Source: Roseibacillus sp. (GTDB lineage Bacteria; Verrucomicrobiota; Verrucomicrobiia; Verrucomicrobiales; Akkermansiaceae). From it: a stretch of DNA of 64,000 nucleotides. Made by a program: the position numbers and the translations under genes. Under the pieces are notes generated by a model, which saw only the letters and a list, made by a program, of their open reading frames with translations, ran no database searches and was not told the origin of the DNA. Below, piece after piece: positions 48,926 through 58,003 of this stretch. Position 1 is the first letter of the stretch, and each line of letters opens with the position of its first letter. The stretch lies in NCBI GenBank assembly GCA_051251855.1, contig JBPOGI010000001.1, positions 1,696,001-1,760,000 of the forward strand, written 5' to 3'.

Positions 48926-50182
48926 TCAGACTACAGGCACAAGAATGGCATCTTCCATGCCGTGAATCTTCTTTTTGTCAGCAGGAACAATGGTCGCCAA
49001 GCAACCTCCTAGCATGACCTCCTTTTCTCCAACAAAATAGTAAGGACAAAGCCTCGCTCTCCCGACCATCGTCTTCACCTCCCCCGTTTCACGGTCATAA
49101 TAAGGATGCTCAATTAATTTTGCCTCGGTGAACTCCTGCATCATCCAAGGTCGTGTCGAAAAGTCCTTTTCCGCCTGCTCGATAAGCTTTGCCCATCGCT
49201 CACCCGGCTCATCATGCCCAATATAGACTCCACGGCTCCCCCACGCCAGCTCGCTGAATCCCGAGACCTTCAACACCAAGCGACGTTCTTTCTGACTCAT
49301 GCCCCCTACTTCCGCCCAAGAATTTACATTCAACTTCGGCAATGCTGCATGAGGCGGCAGCGGTGAGGAGTCGACGACCCACCCCATCGGAATCCACTTT
49401 TTCAACTGCTCAAAGTATTTTCCACGAAGCTCCTGCTCCCACAACGACTTCAGCCCAGGAGTGTGAAGCAGAGCCAACCAAAGCTTCTCTTCAAACAGTG
49501 GCTTCACAGGAGGAGTCAAACCACCTTTCCGATCACTGCCTTGCAGATGAGGAATAGACAGCCAGTCGAAAAGCTCAAAAAAACGATACCCGGACTCGCC
49601 GTCCCATTCTTCAGCACGATGAAGAGACACGTCTCCCAATTGTTCCGCCAACCACTGCATCTCTGGACGATAATCACCAGACTCATCGGAAACCCAAATC
49701 CTCCCTTCGCCTTCACCCATAATTGAACGCAGCCCATCAATCATTCCTCTCTCCCCGCCCACAACACCCTCATACAGCTGGCCCAACCAAGCGGTTACTC
49801 CCATCCCACCCGGCACGGAATCCAACTCAGTGATTGCAAACCCCTCCTCCGTCAAAAGAAGATCCGGACGAATCACCCGAGGCACCACTTCGGCCTGCGC
49901 CCCATCTCGTTGCCAATCCACCATCCACTCTGGTTTCCCACTATCTAGTAGCTCCGAGATCCAAGGTCCAACCCTCCCCTTGGCACTTCTGCGATAAATC
50001 CGATCTTGCGCCTCTTGAAAGGAAGCGAGCACGCCCCCCATCCGCTCGAGCTCACGCCTCTCCTTCGACTCCAGCCTCAAAGGCTCTGGAGATAGATGCC
50101 AACTCTTGTCAGCAAACAACCCCTCAGCAGGGAAAGCTTCTTTAAGTGCAGAAAGGGAAACCATGGTCGGCGCAGAAACCAT
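48926..50182 (-). CDS. ATP-grasp-like ligase (glutathionylspermidine synthase / circularly permuted type)
   Basis: VIRPDLLL..GF.ITELDSVPGG, EEKLWLALL, VLKVSG..E.AWGSRGV.IG, MQEF. Confidence 0.6.
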   Translation of the reverse strand: MVSAPTMVSLSALKEAFPAEGLFADKSWHLSPEPLRLESKERRELERMGGVLASFQEAQDRIYRRSAKGRVGPWISELLDSGKPEWMVDWQRDGAQAEVVPRVIRPDLLLTEEGFAITELDSVPGGMGVTAWLGQLYEGVVGGERGMIDGLRSIMGEGEGRIWVSDESGDYRPEMQWLAEQLGDVSLHRAEEWDGESGYRFFELFDWLSIPHLQGSDRKGGLTPPVKPLFEEKLWLALLHTPGLKSLWEQELRGKYFEQLKKWIPMGWVVDSSPLPPHAALPKLNVNSWAEVGGMSQKERRLVLKVSGFSELAWGSRGVYIGHDEPGERWAKLIEQAEKDFSTRPWMMQEFTEAKLIEHPYYDRETGEVKTMVGRARLCPYYFVGEKEVMLGGCLATIVPADKKKIHGMEDAILVPVV

Positions 50183-50189
50183 TCGCACG

Positions 50190-50783
50190 CTAACTCAATC
50201 CCCGCAAGGCTTCCCGAATCAAATCGTCTACTGTTGCCTCCGCATTCGCCTTTCCTGCCGCTGCAATCGCCTTTCGGGCCTCAGCCTGCTTGTAACCAAG
50301 GGCAATCAAAGCCAACTCCGCATCTCGGGAAATGTTCACTCCCATTCCCGCCTCATCGGTATTCCAGCTCTCGACCACTCCCACCTTATCCTTCAACTCC
50401 AAGATAATGCGCTCTGCGGTTTTTTTGCCTAAACCCTTGATTCGAGATAGCTCCGCAACATCCGCTCCCACCACATGACGCTTAAACTCCTCCACAGGCA
50501 TCCCCGAAAGGATCGCCATCGCAATGGAAGGACCAATCCCGCTCACCCTTTCAATCAAAAGAAGGAAGAGATCCCTCTCGTCGTCAGTCGCAAACCCATA
50601 AAGATTTTGAATATTCTCTCTGACGTACATGTAAGTTTTTAAGAAAACTTCAGAACCTTTGAACGGATTCAACCGATCGAATGTCGAAATCGGCACATGC
50701 ACCAAATATCCTACACCACCACAACCCACCACCATCCGATTAGGAAGCGCCTCCCACACTTCACCCTTAAGAGCTGCAATCAT
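50190..50783 (-). CDS. ruvA: Holliday junction branch migration protein
   Basis: MIAALKG, GVGY, VRE...LYGF, VSGIGP, GLGKKTAERIILELKDK, ALIALGY. Confidence 0.96.
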   Translation of the reverse strand: MIAALKGEVWEALPNRMVVGCGGVGYLVHVPISTFDRLNPFKGSEVFLKTYMYVRENIQNLYGFATDDERDLFLLLIERVSGIGPSIAMAILSGMPVEEFKRHVVGADVAELSRIKGLGKKTAERIILELKDKVGVVESWNTDEAGMGVNISRDAELALIALGYKQAEARKAIAAAGKANAEATVDDLIREALRGLS

Positions 50784-50881
50784 TTAATTGAACTAAAACA
50801 GTTTTTCGCGACGCTCCAAGATTGAAACCTTTTCATGACAACGATTCTCCTAAAATAGCTTAAGTAATCTTGAATATTTAC

Positions 50882-50909
50882 TTGACTAACTAATTATAAA
50901 AAATAGGCT
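50882..50909 (+). promoter_or_regulatory. Putative sigma70 promoter
   Basis: TTGACT-N16-TAGGCT in an AT-rich divergent gap. Confidence 0.5.
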
Positions 50910-50965
50910 AAGTGGCTTTTTTCGGTCGCTTTTGCCACAAAAATAAACTATACTTCCACTCCACT

Positions 50966-51271
50966 ATGGCAACTACGAAACGAACCCGATTCTCCCGTCG
51001 ACTCCCTGACCACGTTACTGATGAACTTGTCACTGTTCTCTCTGCTGAAAAGAAATTCTTTGGCTTTAATGAGCTTTTTGAGAAAGTTTTCGACCGCCTC
51101 AAAGCGCGCAACGCAGTAAGCGGTGGCGAAGAAATGCTCCGCCTCCGTGCATACGAGAAATTACAAAATCTTGTAACTCGTGGCCTCGTCGAAAAGGACG
51201 GCAAAGAGTATAAAGGCCTCGACAAGGTCATGGATGCTCACAGCGATAATCTCGCCAATCAGCAAGCGTAA
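50966..51271 (+). CDS. Small basic hypothetical protein, winged-helix-like
   Basis: YEKLQNLVTRGLVEKDGKEY wing-like end; own promoter and terminator. Confidence 0.7.
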   Translation: MATTKRTRFSRRLPDHVTDELVTVLSAEKKFFGFNELFEKVFDRLKARNAVSGGEEMLRLRAYEKLQNLVTRGLVEKDGKEYKGLDKVMDAHSDNLANQQA

Positions 51272-51313
51272 GTAATTCACTTTCCTGCTGGCGATTTTCC
51301 GCCAATCTTTTAC

Positions 51314-51343
51314 AAAGCCCGCGTTGCCCAACGCGGGTTTTTT
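51314..51343 (+). terminator. Intrinsic terminator
   Basis: CCCGCGTT-gccc-AACGCGGG-TTTTTT. Confidence 0.8.
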
Positions 51344-51362
51344 ATTTCAGCCTTACAACAAC

Positions 51363-51737
51363 ATGCTTTCCGATTTTTTCCCGGTCTTTCTTCAGATTCT
51401 CCTCGCGGTAGGATTCGCTGGTATCGCTCTCGTGATGAGCCTCTACCTCGGCAAGCGAGGAAAAGCGGAAGGCGTCAAAAATGAAGCTTACGAATGCGGT
51501 ATGCTCCCCATCGGTGATGGAGCCCCCCGCTTCTCCGTCAAGTTCTACCTCGTGGCCATGCTCTTCGTCATCTTCGATATCGAAGCCGTATTCAGCTATG
51601 TCTGGGCCGTCGTCTTCAAGGATCTCATCATTGAAGGTCACACTATGGTCCTCTGGTCCATGCTCACCTTCCTCGGCGTCCTTACCCTCGCCTACATCTA
51701 CGCCCTCAAAAAAGGCGCCCTGAGCTGGAAGTCATAG
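51363..51737 (+). CDS. nuoA: NADH-quinone oxidoreductase subunit A
   Basis: YECG..P.G, RFSVKFYLVAMLFVIFDIE, KKGALSW. Confidence 0.93.
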   Translation: MLSDFFPVFLQILLAVGFAGIALVMSLYLGKRGKAEGVKNEAYECGMLPIGDGAPRFSVKFYLVAMLFVIFDIEAVFSYVWAVVFKDLIIEGHTMVLWSMLTFLGVLTLAYIYALKKGALSWKS

Positions 51738-51773
51738 TCGCAGACACTGCGTCTTCCTTTTCTTGCTCAGAGC

Positions 51774-52901
51774 TTATCTCACCAAAGGATTCATCGGGAT
51801 TCGCCTCTTCTCCGTCTCGGGCTTCACCTCGGCCCCGCGAAGCTGAGTCCCGCGCGATTGCTCACGCGCATAGTCGAGAATCTTACCGACTCGCTCATAG
51901 TCCTTGGCTGCAACCTTCCCTTGAGGTGAATCAGTCGCCTTCTCAGCAATACGCGCATGACCTGCCACCACCTCTTCGAGGTCCTGTAACGTCTTCTTAC
52001 CAATTTCCTTTGCAAGCAAGCGGCGACTCTCCTTCAAAATCCGAGCCTCCCTTTCAATTTGAGGGTCCTTCTCCATCTCCTCACGCAAGGTATCTCCTTT
52101 CAGCGAGATCGCGACACTCTCCGCAACAAACGGCCGCTCCGAAAACTCAACAAGACTCCACCACTTCTCAAAATCATTTTCCATCTTGGCAATCACCCCC
52201 AACTCCTCCTCCAACCCATCCAAATCCGGCTCCCGTCCAAGCCTCAGCGCAAGCCACTCCTTCAGCCCAGTGGAACCCCAATCTGGAAAACTATGCCCAA
52301 CTCCTCTCCAGGTCTCCATATCAACCTTCGCTCCCAACTTCCGAAAAAAGACCAGCCCCTTGAGAGCAAAAGGGTAGTTCGCATCCAATCGACCCACCCC
52401 AATAAATACCGGTGTATCTTTCGCCAGTGGCTTAGGCACCGATTCCAAGGCATGCATATGCCCAGCTAAGAGAATCGCAGCTCCAGCCAAACTCCTTTCT
52501 TTTTGAAGCAACAGCCCACAAACCCAGCCGCCCTTGCTCTGTCCCGCCAGATAAACCCGTGCCGGATCCAACCCCGCCCTCCTCTGTAGCTCAGCGCGAA
52601 CCGCCTTCAAGACCCGAACCTCCTCATCCATTCCAACCGGAGTTAACTGAAACGTTCCCCGCCTCGCATAGGCCATCCCCACTACAATCCAATCCTTCTC
52701 ACCCGTGTGAGCACGCATCAAGGTCGTGCTCGGTCGCCCATTCGTCCCATGATAGAAAAAGACAGAGGGCCAGCTTTTCGAAGAGTCATGACCTTCGGGG
52801 AGCGAGACCAATACGTCATCTTCCACTCCATCGACTTGGATCGTAAAGTCCTCACCAAAGACCGACATCACACTGAGAGTCCAAAAAAACCACCATTTCA
52901 T
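51774..52901 (-). CDS. Secreted alpha/beta hydrolase (esterase-like)
   Basis: FFYHGT.G, YLAGQSKGG nucleophile elbow, G..D, GH. Confidence 0.7.
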   Translation of the reverse strand: MKWWFFWTLSVMSVFGEDFTIQVDGVEDDVLVSLPEGHDSSKSWPSVFFYHGTNGRPSTTLMRAHTGEKDWIVVGMAYARRGTFQLTPVGMDEEVRVLKAVRAELQRRAGLDPARVYLAGQSKGGWVCGLLLQKERSLAGAAILLAGHMHALESVPKPLAKDTPVFIGVGRLDANYPFALKGLVFFRKLGAKVDMETWRGVGHSFPDWGSTGLKEWLALRLGREPDLDGLEEELGVIAKMENDFEKWWSLVEFSERPFVAESVAISLKGDTLREEMEKDPQIEREARILKESRRLLAKEIGKKTLQDLEEVVAGHARIAEKATDSPQGKVAAKDYERVGKILDYAREQSRGTQLRGAEVKPETEKRRIPMNPLVR

Positions 52902-53044
52902 CACGCAAAGAACCATGAAAATCCTCGCTTGGCGAAAGCCATCCATTCAAAATCAAAAATAAGCCGCAATCAGTTAGTGGAAATTTCTTGACCCATCGCC
53001 CGAAAAGGCCTTTTCTCCCCGCCCCGCAACACGGGAGAATTTTT

Positions 53045-53308
53045 ATGTCTAGAGTTTGTAGCATCCGAGGTTCGAAAGTCCGCGTAGGTCGTAAGATCCA
53101 CCGTTCTGGTTTGGCAAAAAAGAAGGGCGGAATCGGACGTCACGTCACCCAAGTGAACAAGCGTCTTGTTACGCCTAACCTTCACGTAAAGCGTATCTGG
53201 GTTCCTGAGCTCGACAAACACGTCAAGGTCAAGCTGACCGCCAAGGCTCTTCGTACCATCAACAAGAATGGTGCTTATGTGACCTTGAAGAAGGCCGGCC
53301 TCATTTAG
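53045..53308 (+). CDS. rpmB: 50S ribosomal protein L28
   Basis: MSRVCSI.G...KR...PNL..KRIW......VK.KLTAKALRTI.K. Confidence 0.93.
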   Translation: MSRVCSIRGSKVRVGRKIHRSGLAKKKGGIGRHVTQVNKRLVTPNLHVKRIWVPELDKHVKVKLTAKALRTINKNGAYVTLKKAGLI

Positions 53309-53332
53309 TCGACTTTCAATTATTCTACTCTC

Positions 53333-53362
53333 AAAAGGACGGCCAAAAGGCCGTCTTTTTTT
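53333..53362 (+). terminator. Intrinsic terminator after rpmB
   Basis: GACGGCC-aaaa-GGCCGTC-TTTTTTT. Confidence 0.85.
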
Positions 53363-53586
53363 GTTTCTGGGTATTTCCTCCGCTCAAGTTACCAGGAAGG
53401 AGCTTCCATAAAGGGTCTCACGGCCTTTCCCTGCCATGAAACTCTTTCCAGCTAAGGGCTTTCCCTTTAGGCTCTTAGAAGAGGTGCACCGCGTCATCCA
53501 CTCGCGAGAATCGGTGATTTTGTTCGTCAGTCACTGAAAAGCCAGTAACGTGTAGTTGCATTATAAATACAAACTCACCCCCACGA

Positions 53587-56500
53587 ATGCACCTTTCCCG
53601 CCAATTTTCCTCCTTTCTTAAGGGGTTCTTGGCTCTCCTACCCCTCACCTTACTCCCCGCCGCCGAAATCACCTACACGGGAATCTCAGGGGGAGAATGG
53701 ACCACTGATGCCAACTGGAACAATGGGTCCTATCCTGCTACTGGCGACCAAGCCGTTCTCAACACCACTGCCAATCTCAGCGTAGAGACTTCGAATAACA
53801 TTCAAGGGCTTCAAATTGGAACAAGCGGCAGCGGACGCCTTCAAATTACCAGCCACGCGGTTCTCAATGCCAGCACCAGTTCGTCTGTGACCAGCCGAAT
53901 CGGTGATGGAAACGGAAACGAAGGTTCGGTGCAGCAAGAGGGAGGAAGCGTAGTCATCAATCGACTCGAAATCGGTCGCAATTCGTCGAACGGAAGCTAC
54001 CACCTTCACGGCGGGAATTTCGAAATCATTCGCGACACCCAAAGCTACTCCCTCTTTCTCGGCACCAATGTGGGGCGTAACGAAGTCGGCAATGGCACCT
54101 TTCAAATGAGCAGCGGCAGCTTTGAAACTCGGGCCGGCGTCTACCTTGGTTCCACTGCGGGAGGAATCGGACGCTTCGAAGTCATCGGTTCTCATCCTGG
54201 CTTCATCGGCATTGGTTCGGGAGGAAATAATCTCGATGGTATTTGGACCCAAAATTCCGGTTCCACTCTGAGCGTTCGCATCGACAAGACCAGTGAAGGA
54301 GTCACCCCCATCTTCATCGACGACCGCGGCCAAAACGGAGGAGGTAATGGAGACGTTATTTTCGAAAACGGATCTCTCCTCGAAGTTGATTTCACCGGAG
54401 CCTTTCTCAACGGCGGCACCTTCACCGTCATGGAGTGGGAAGGCGACGTTATCGCCAACGGCCTCCAGTTTGCCCCCTCGGTCGACACCAATATCTGGAG
54501 CTTTCAAGTTGATGCAGCCAACAAGCAACTCACCGTCACCGCCACCGGAAACGCTCTCAACCGAGACTTCGTCCACCCCGGCCTCTCCCATAAACGTTCC
54601 GACCTTGAACGGATGCGCGATATGGTGGCGGCAGGGGTTGAGCCCTACGCGAGTTCGTTCGCAGCTTTGAGCGCGAAGGGCCGAGCCCAACACACCGCTC
54701 AACCCAGCAGCGCCGCAGTAGATTTGGCAACGAACGGCGGAACTGCGAACAACAATGCCCTGAGAAACGATGGCATCACCGCTTACTACAACGCCTTGAT
54801 GTGGTTCATTACGGGAGACAGCAGACACGCCGAGGCCTCCATTCGAATTTTCACCGCGTGGTCGCCTACCCAAAACATTGATGGAATTCCTTTAGATGCG
54901 GGACGCCATTGGCGTCTCATCGAAGCGGCTGAAATCATCAAGAGCACCTATAGCGGATGGGACCCGGGCGACCTGCAAGCCTTTAAGGATATGCTCGTCT
55001 ACCCCGGATACTCGAACACCTCCGAACCGAGTGGAAACCGGAGTATCTATTGGAGAGCCTACCAAGGGGACCCCGCTCGACACGGTAACCAAGGACTCTT
55101 TGCGATGCGATGCGTGATGGCCATCGGGGTCTTTCTTGACAATGAAATCATGTATGACCGAGCCCTCCGCTACCTGCAGGGAGCCCCTGCCCGGACCGAC
55201 GACATCCCCTACATCACCGGTCCTTCGATTGCGAACACCCAGATTGCAACTTATGAGCACTTCCTCGAATTCAACCGCACTGGGGAGGAATCGACTGTCG
55301 CGAACTACGGCTACAACGAGGTCATCCACAACTACATCTATCCCAATGGTCAAAGTCAGGAATTCTCCCGTGACATGGCCCATGGCTTGGCTGGAATCGG
55401 CATCATTGCCACTATGTCTGAAATCGCATGGAGCCAAAGTGATGACCTCTATGGCCATCTTGATAATCGTCCCCTTCTCGGTCTCGAATATTACTATCGA
55501 TACAACCTCAGCTTCGTAAACTCCTTCCCAGACCAAACGTCTCCGTGGGAGCCCACCGTCGAGAACGGAGAATTTATTCAACGTCTTGATCAGTCCGGAC
55601 GCTGGTTCTCGCTCAAGGCCAATCCCTACCTCGCCCAAGATGTCAGTAATATTCTTCGCGGCACCTTCAATGACGACCCGGTCTATGAGATGAACTTGGC
55701 CCACTATCGCGATCGGATGGGAGTTCCTTCGGACGACACAAAGTGGTTAGACCGTGGACTCGATCTCCTCATTGCCGATGAAGGCTTTGAGGGTGAGGGA
55801 ACCCCATGGGACCATCCTTCGTGGGGTGGCTTAACCTTCCGCCGCACCAGTCCTGGTGATCCCATGCAAGGCTTCAGCAATGGAGTTCCCAACTTTGCCA
55901 TGAACGAGCTCCCGATGACCATCGAGGCGGAAAACTACGACTACTTCCCTCTCGACGGCGAGGGGCGCACTTACCATGACCTCACCGTAACAAACGCGGG
56001 CCTCTCATACCGCCCCGTCGGTGGAGTCGACCTCAGTTCGGCCTCCGAAGGCAACTTTACCATTTCTAACATCGAGGCGAACGAGTGGGTCACCTACACC
56101 GTCTCCGTCCCCATGGATGCCGACTACGATCTCGCCATCCGCTACGCCTCCACAGCTCCCGGTGGCACTATCCGATTCAGCCTAGACGGCAATGACATCA
56201 CCGGCAACGTAACCATCCCTCATGGAGCCCCCGGATCCACGGGAGATTCCGATTGGCAAACCTTAGCCGTCGCCTACGACCTCCCTCTCACCCAAGGAGT
56301 GAAACAGCTGACCGTGAGCTTCGGCGGCACATCCAATTCTTTTCTCCTCAACAACTTCAGCATCGAGCTGAGCCCTCTTCCCATCGTTCCGCCGATTGCC
56401 CACTGGCGCTTTGATGAGGGCCTCGGCAACGTTGCAGCTGATTGCAGTGGTAATGGCTATCACGGCACCATCAACAACGCCACTTGGACCACTCGCACAG

Positions 56501-57756
56501 GCGGTGGCAACGCTCTTTCCTTCAATGGAACCAACGCCAACGTGAGCCTGCCCGCGAACGCCTTCTCCTCTATCGACGACGAAATCACCTTCACCTTTTG
56601 GGCTTTCGGTGATGCCAGTCTTCCCTCGGAGAACTCTGCCTTCTGGGCGGGGAATTCAGGCGGCAGCCGTATCCTCAACGTTCACCTCCCTTGGGCGGAT
56701 TCCAAAGTCTACTTCGATGCTAGTGACCGCATTAGCAAAACCGCCTCTGCCACGGAAACCGAAGGAGCTTGGGTCCACTGGGCCTTTGCCAAGGATGCGG
56801 CCGCCGGTGCGATGAGAATCTATCGCAACGGTATTCTCTGGCACTCGGGAACTGGACAAACCAATTCCATCAGCACTATCGCGCAAGCCTTCATCGGGAG
56901 CCAAAACAACACCCGCTACTACCCGGGCCTCATCGACGACTTCCGTCTCTACGATGTCGCCCTGACCGACGCTACCATTGCCCAACTCTATGTTGACTCC
57001 CAGAACACATCCCCCGAAGACCACCTCTGGGCGGCAGGCGACTCGCTCAACGTCTCCTTCACCGACCTCAATGGGACGGCTGGAACCAGCTGGGACCTAC
57101 TCACAGTGAACTGCCCCCTGATTCTCGACTCCAGCCTCGCACCTAGCACCCCCTTTCAAATCACGCTCTCGGCTCCAGACCTGAGCTTTGACAGCACAAG
57201 CGACCAATCCTGGCTTCTCGTCACTGCTAACGAAATTCTGGGTAGTTTCGACGCCAACGACTTCGTGATCGATAGCGCGGCCTTCGAAGCGAACAACCCG
57301 CTCAACGGAGGAAGCTTCAGCTTCCGAAGACTCAACAACGAGTTCTATCTCGACTTCACTGCCCCTCAGTTCACTGCCTTAGAAAACTGGCGCTTCCTTC
57401 ACTTCGGGACATACGCCGACTCCGGCATCGCGGCAAACGACTTCGATGCCGACCTTGATGGACTCGCCAACCTCGTCGAATACGCCACCAATCTCAACCC
57501 AAACGACTCCTCCGATTCCTGCGCCTTTCAAATCGCCTCTTCCCCCACCAATCCAGACGAGCTCCAAGTCACCTTCCATCGCATCGCCGATGCCAACCTC
57601 AGCTACATGGTTGAAGGCTCTCCGGACCTCAGTGCAAGTAGTTGGTCAACAATCTGGAACAGCTTTGGGAACTCCGCCGGGCTCGTCACTCTCCCCGAAG
57701 CTTTGTGGCCCAGCAATGAGCCCACTTACTTCTTAAGGTTAAAGGTGAGCAACTGA
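53587..57756 (+). CDS. Secreted modular glycan-active protein: beta-helix-like region, alginate-lyase-like domain, CBM6, LamG, C-terminal tail domain
   Basis: FVHPG....DLERMR..V....P, AAEII, GN, GQ.QE..RD.AH; IEAENYD (CBM6); LamG; DADLDGLANLVEYA. Confidence 0.75.
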   Translation: MHLSRQFSSFLKGFLALLPLTLLPAAEITYTGISGGEWTTDANWNNGSYPATGDQAVLNTTANLSVETSNNIQGLQIGTSGSGRLQITSHAVLNASTSSSVTSRIGDGNGNEGSVQQEGGSVVINRLEIGRNSSNGSYHLHGGNFEIIRDTQSYSLFLGTNVGRNEVGNGTFQMSSGSFETRAGVYLGSTAGGIGRFEVIGSHPGFIGIGSGGNNLDGIWTQNSGSTLSVRIDKTSEGVTPIFIDDRGQNGGGNGDVIFENGSLLEVDFTGAFLNGGTFTVMEWEGDVIANGLQFAPSVDTNIWSFQVDAANKQLTVTATGNALNRDFVHPGLSHKRSDLERMRDMVAAGVEPYASSFAALSAKGRAQHTAQPSSAAVDLATNGGTANNNALRNDGITAYYNALMWFITGDSRHAEASIRIFTAWSPTQNIDGIPLDAGRHWRLIEAAEIIKSTYSGWDPGDLQAFKDMLVYPGYSNTSEPSGNRSIYWRAYQGDPARHGNQGLFAMRCVMAIGVFLDNEIMYDRALRYLQGAPARTDDIPYITGPSIANTQIATYEHFLEFNRTGEESTVANYGYNEVIHNYIYPNGQSQEFSRDMAHGLAGIGIIATMSEIAWSQSDDLYGHLDNRPLLGLEYYYRYNLSFVNSFPDQTSPWEPTVENGEFIQRLDQSGRWFSLKANPYLAQDVSNILRGTFNDDPVYEMNLAHYRDRMGVPSDDTKWLDRGLDLLIADEGFEGEGTPWDHPSWGGLTFRRTSPGDPMQGFSNGVPNFAMNELPMTIEAENYDYFPLDGEGRTYHDLTVTNAGLSYRPVGGVDLSSASEGNFTISNIEANEWVTYTVSVPMDADYDLAIRYASTAPGGTIRFSLDGNDITGNVTIPHGAPGSTGDSDWQTLAVAYDLPLTQGVKQLTVSFGGTSNSFLLNNFSIELSPLPIVPPIAHWRFDEGLGNVAADCSGNGYHGTINNATWTTRTGGGNALSFNGTNANVSLPANAFSSIDDEITFTFWAFGDASLPSENSAFWAGNSGGSRILNVHLPWADSKVYFDASDRISKTASATETEGAWVHWAFAKDAAAGAMRIYRNGILWHSGTGQTNSISTIAQAFIGSQNNTRYYPGLIDDFRLYDVALTDATIAQLYVDSQNTSPEDHLWAAGDSLNVSFTDLNGTAGTSWDLLTVNCPLILDSSLAPSTPFQITLSAPDLSFDSTSDQSWLLVTANEILGSFDANDFVIDSAAFEANNPLNGGSFSFRRLNNEFYLDFTAPQFTALENWRFLHFGTYADSGIAANDFDADLDGLANLVEYATNLNPNDSSDSCAFQIASSPTNPDELQVTFHRIADANLSYMVEGSPDLSASSWSTIWNSFGNSAGLVTLPEALWPSNEPTYFLRLKVSN

Positions 57757-57944
57757 TTCTGCCAGCTAGCTTAAAATTCATTGTTCAGGCTGTGACTCGC
57801 TAGCTCCTAGAAAAGTCCAGCTTTGGGCAACGGCTTCTCTCTCCAAGAATCGACAGATGAAGAGCAACAAGTGAACGATACTTCTTTCTAACGAAAGTGA
57901 TGACCTCCAATCAGAATTCGTGATTCACGATCTGCCCTCCCAAC

Positions 57945-57977
57945 AAAAAAACGCTCCGAGACCGAAGTCACAGAGCG
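57945..57977 (-). terminator. Intrinsic terminator of the DUF1501 operon
   Basis: CGCTC..GAC-TTCG-GTC..GAGCG-TTTTTTT on minus strand. Confidence 0.75.
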
Positions 57978-58003
57978 CTCTAAAAAAATAATTCCAAGAA
58001 GGC

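Noticed and set aside
50784..50812. Possible LexA box upstream of ruvA
   Set aside because: TGTTT-N4-TCAAT matches only half of the TGTTC-N4-GAACA motif I recall for Verrucomicrobia
53546..53555. TAACGTGTAG upstream of the lyase-like gene
   Set aside because: Contains both ECF boxes but with no spacer, so it cannot be the same promoter; probably coincidence
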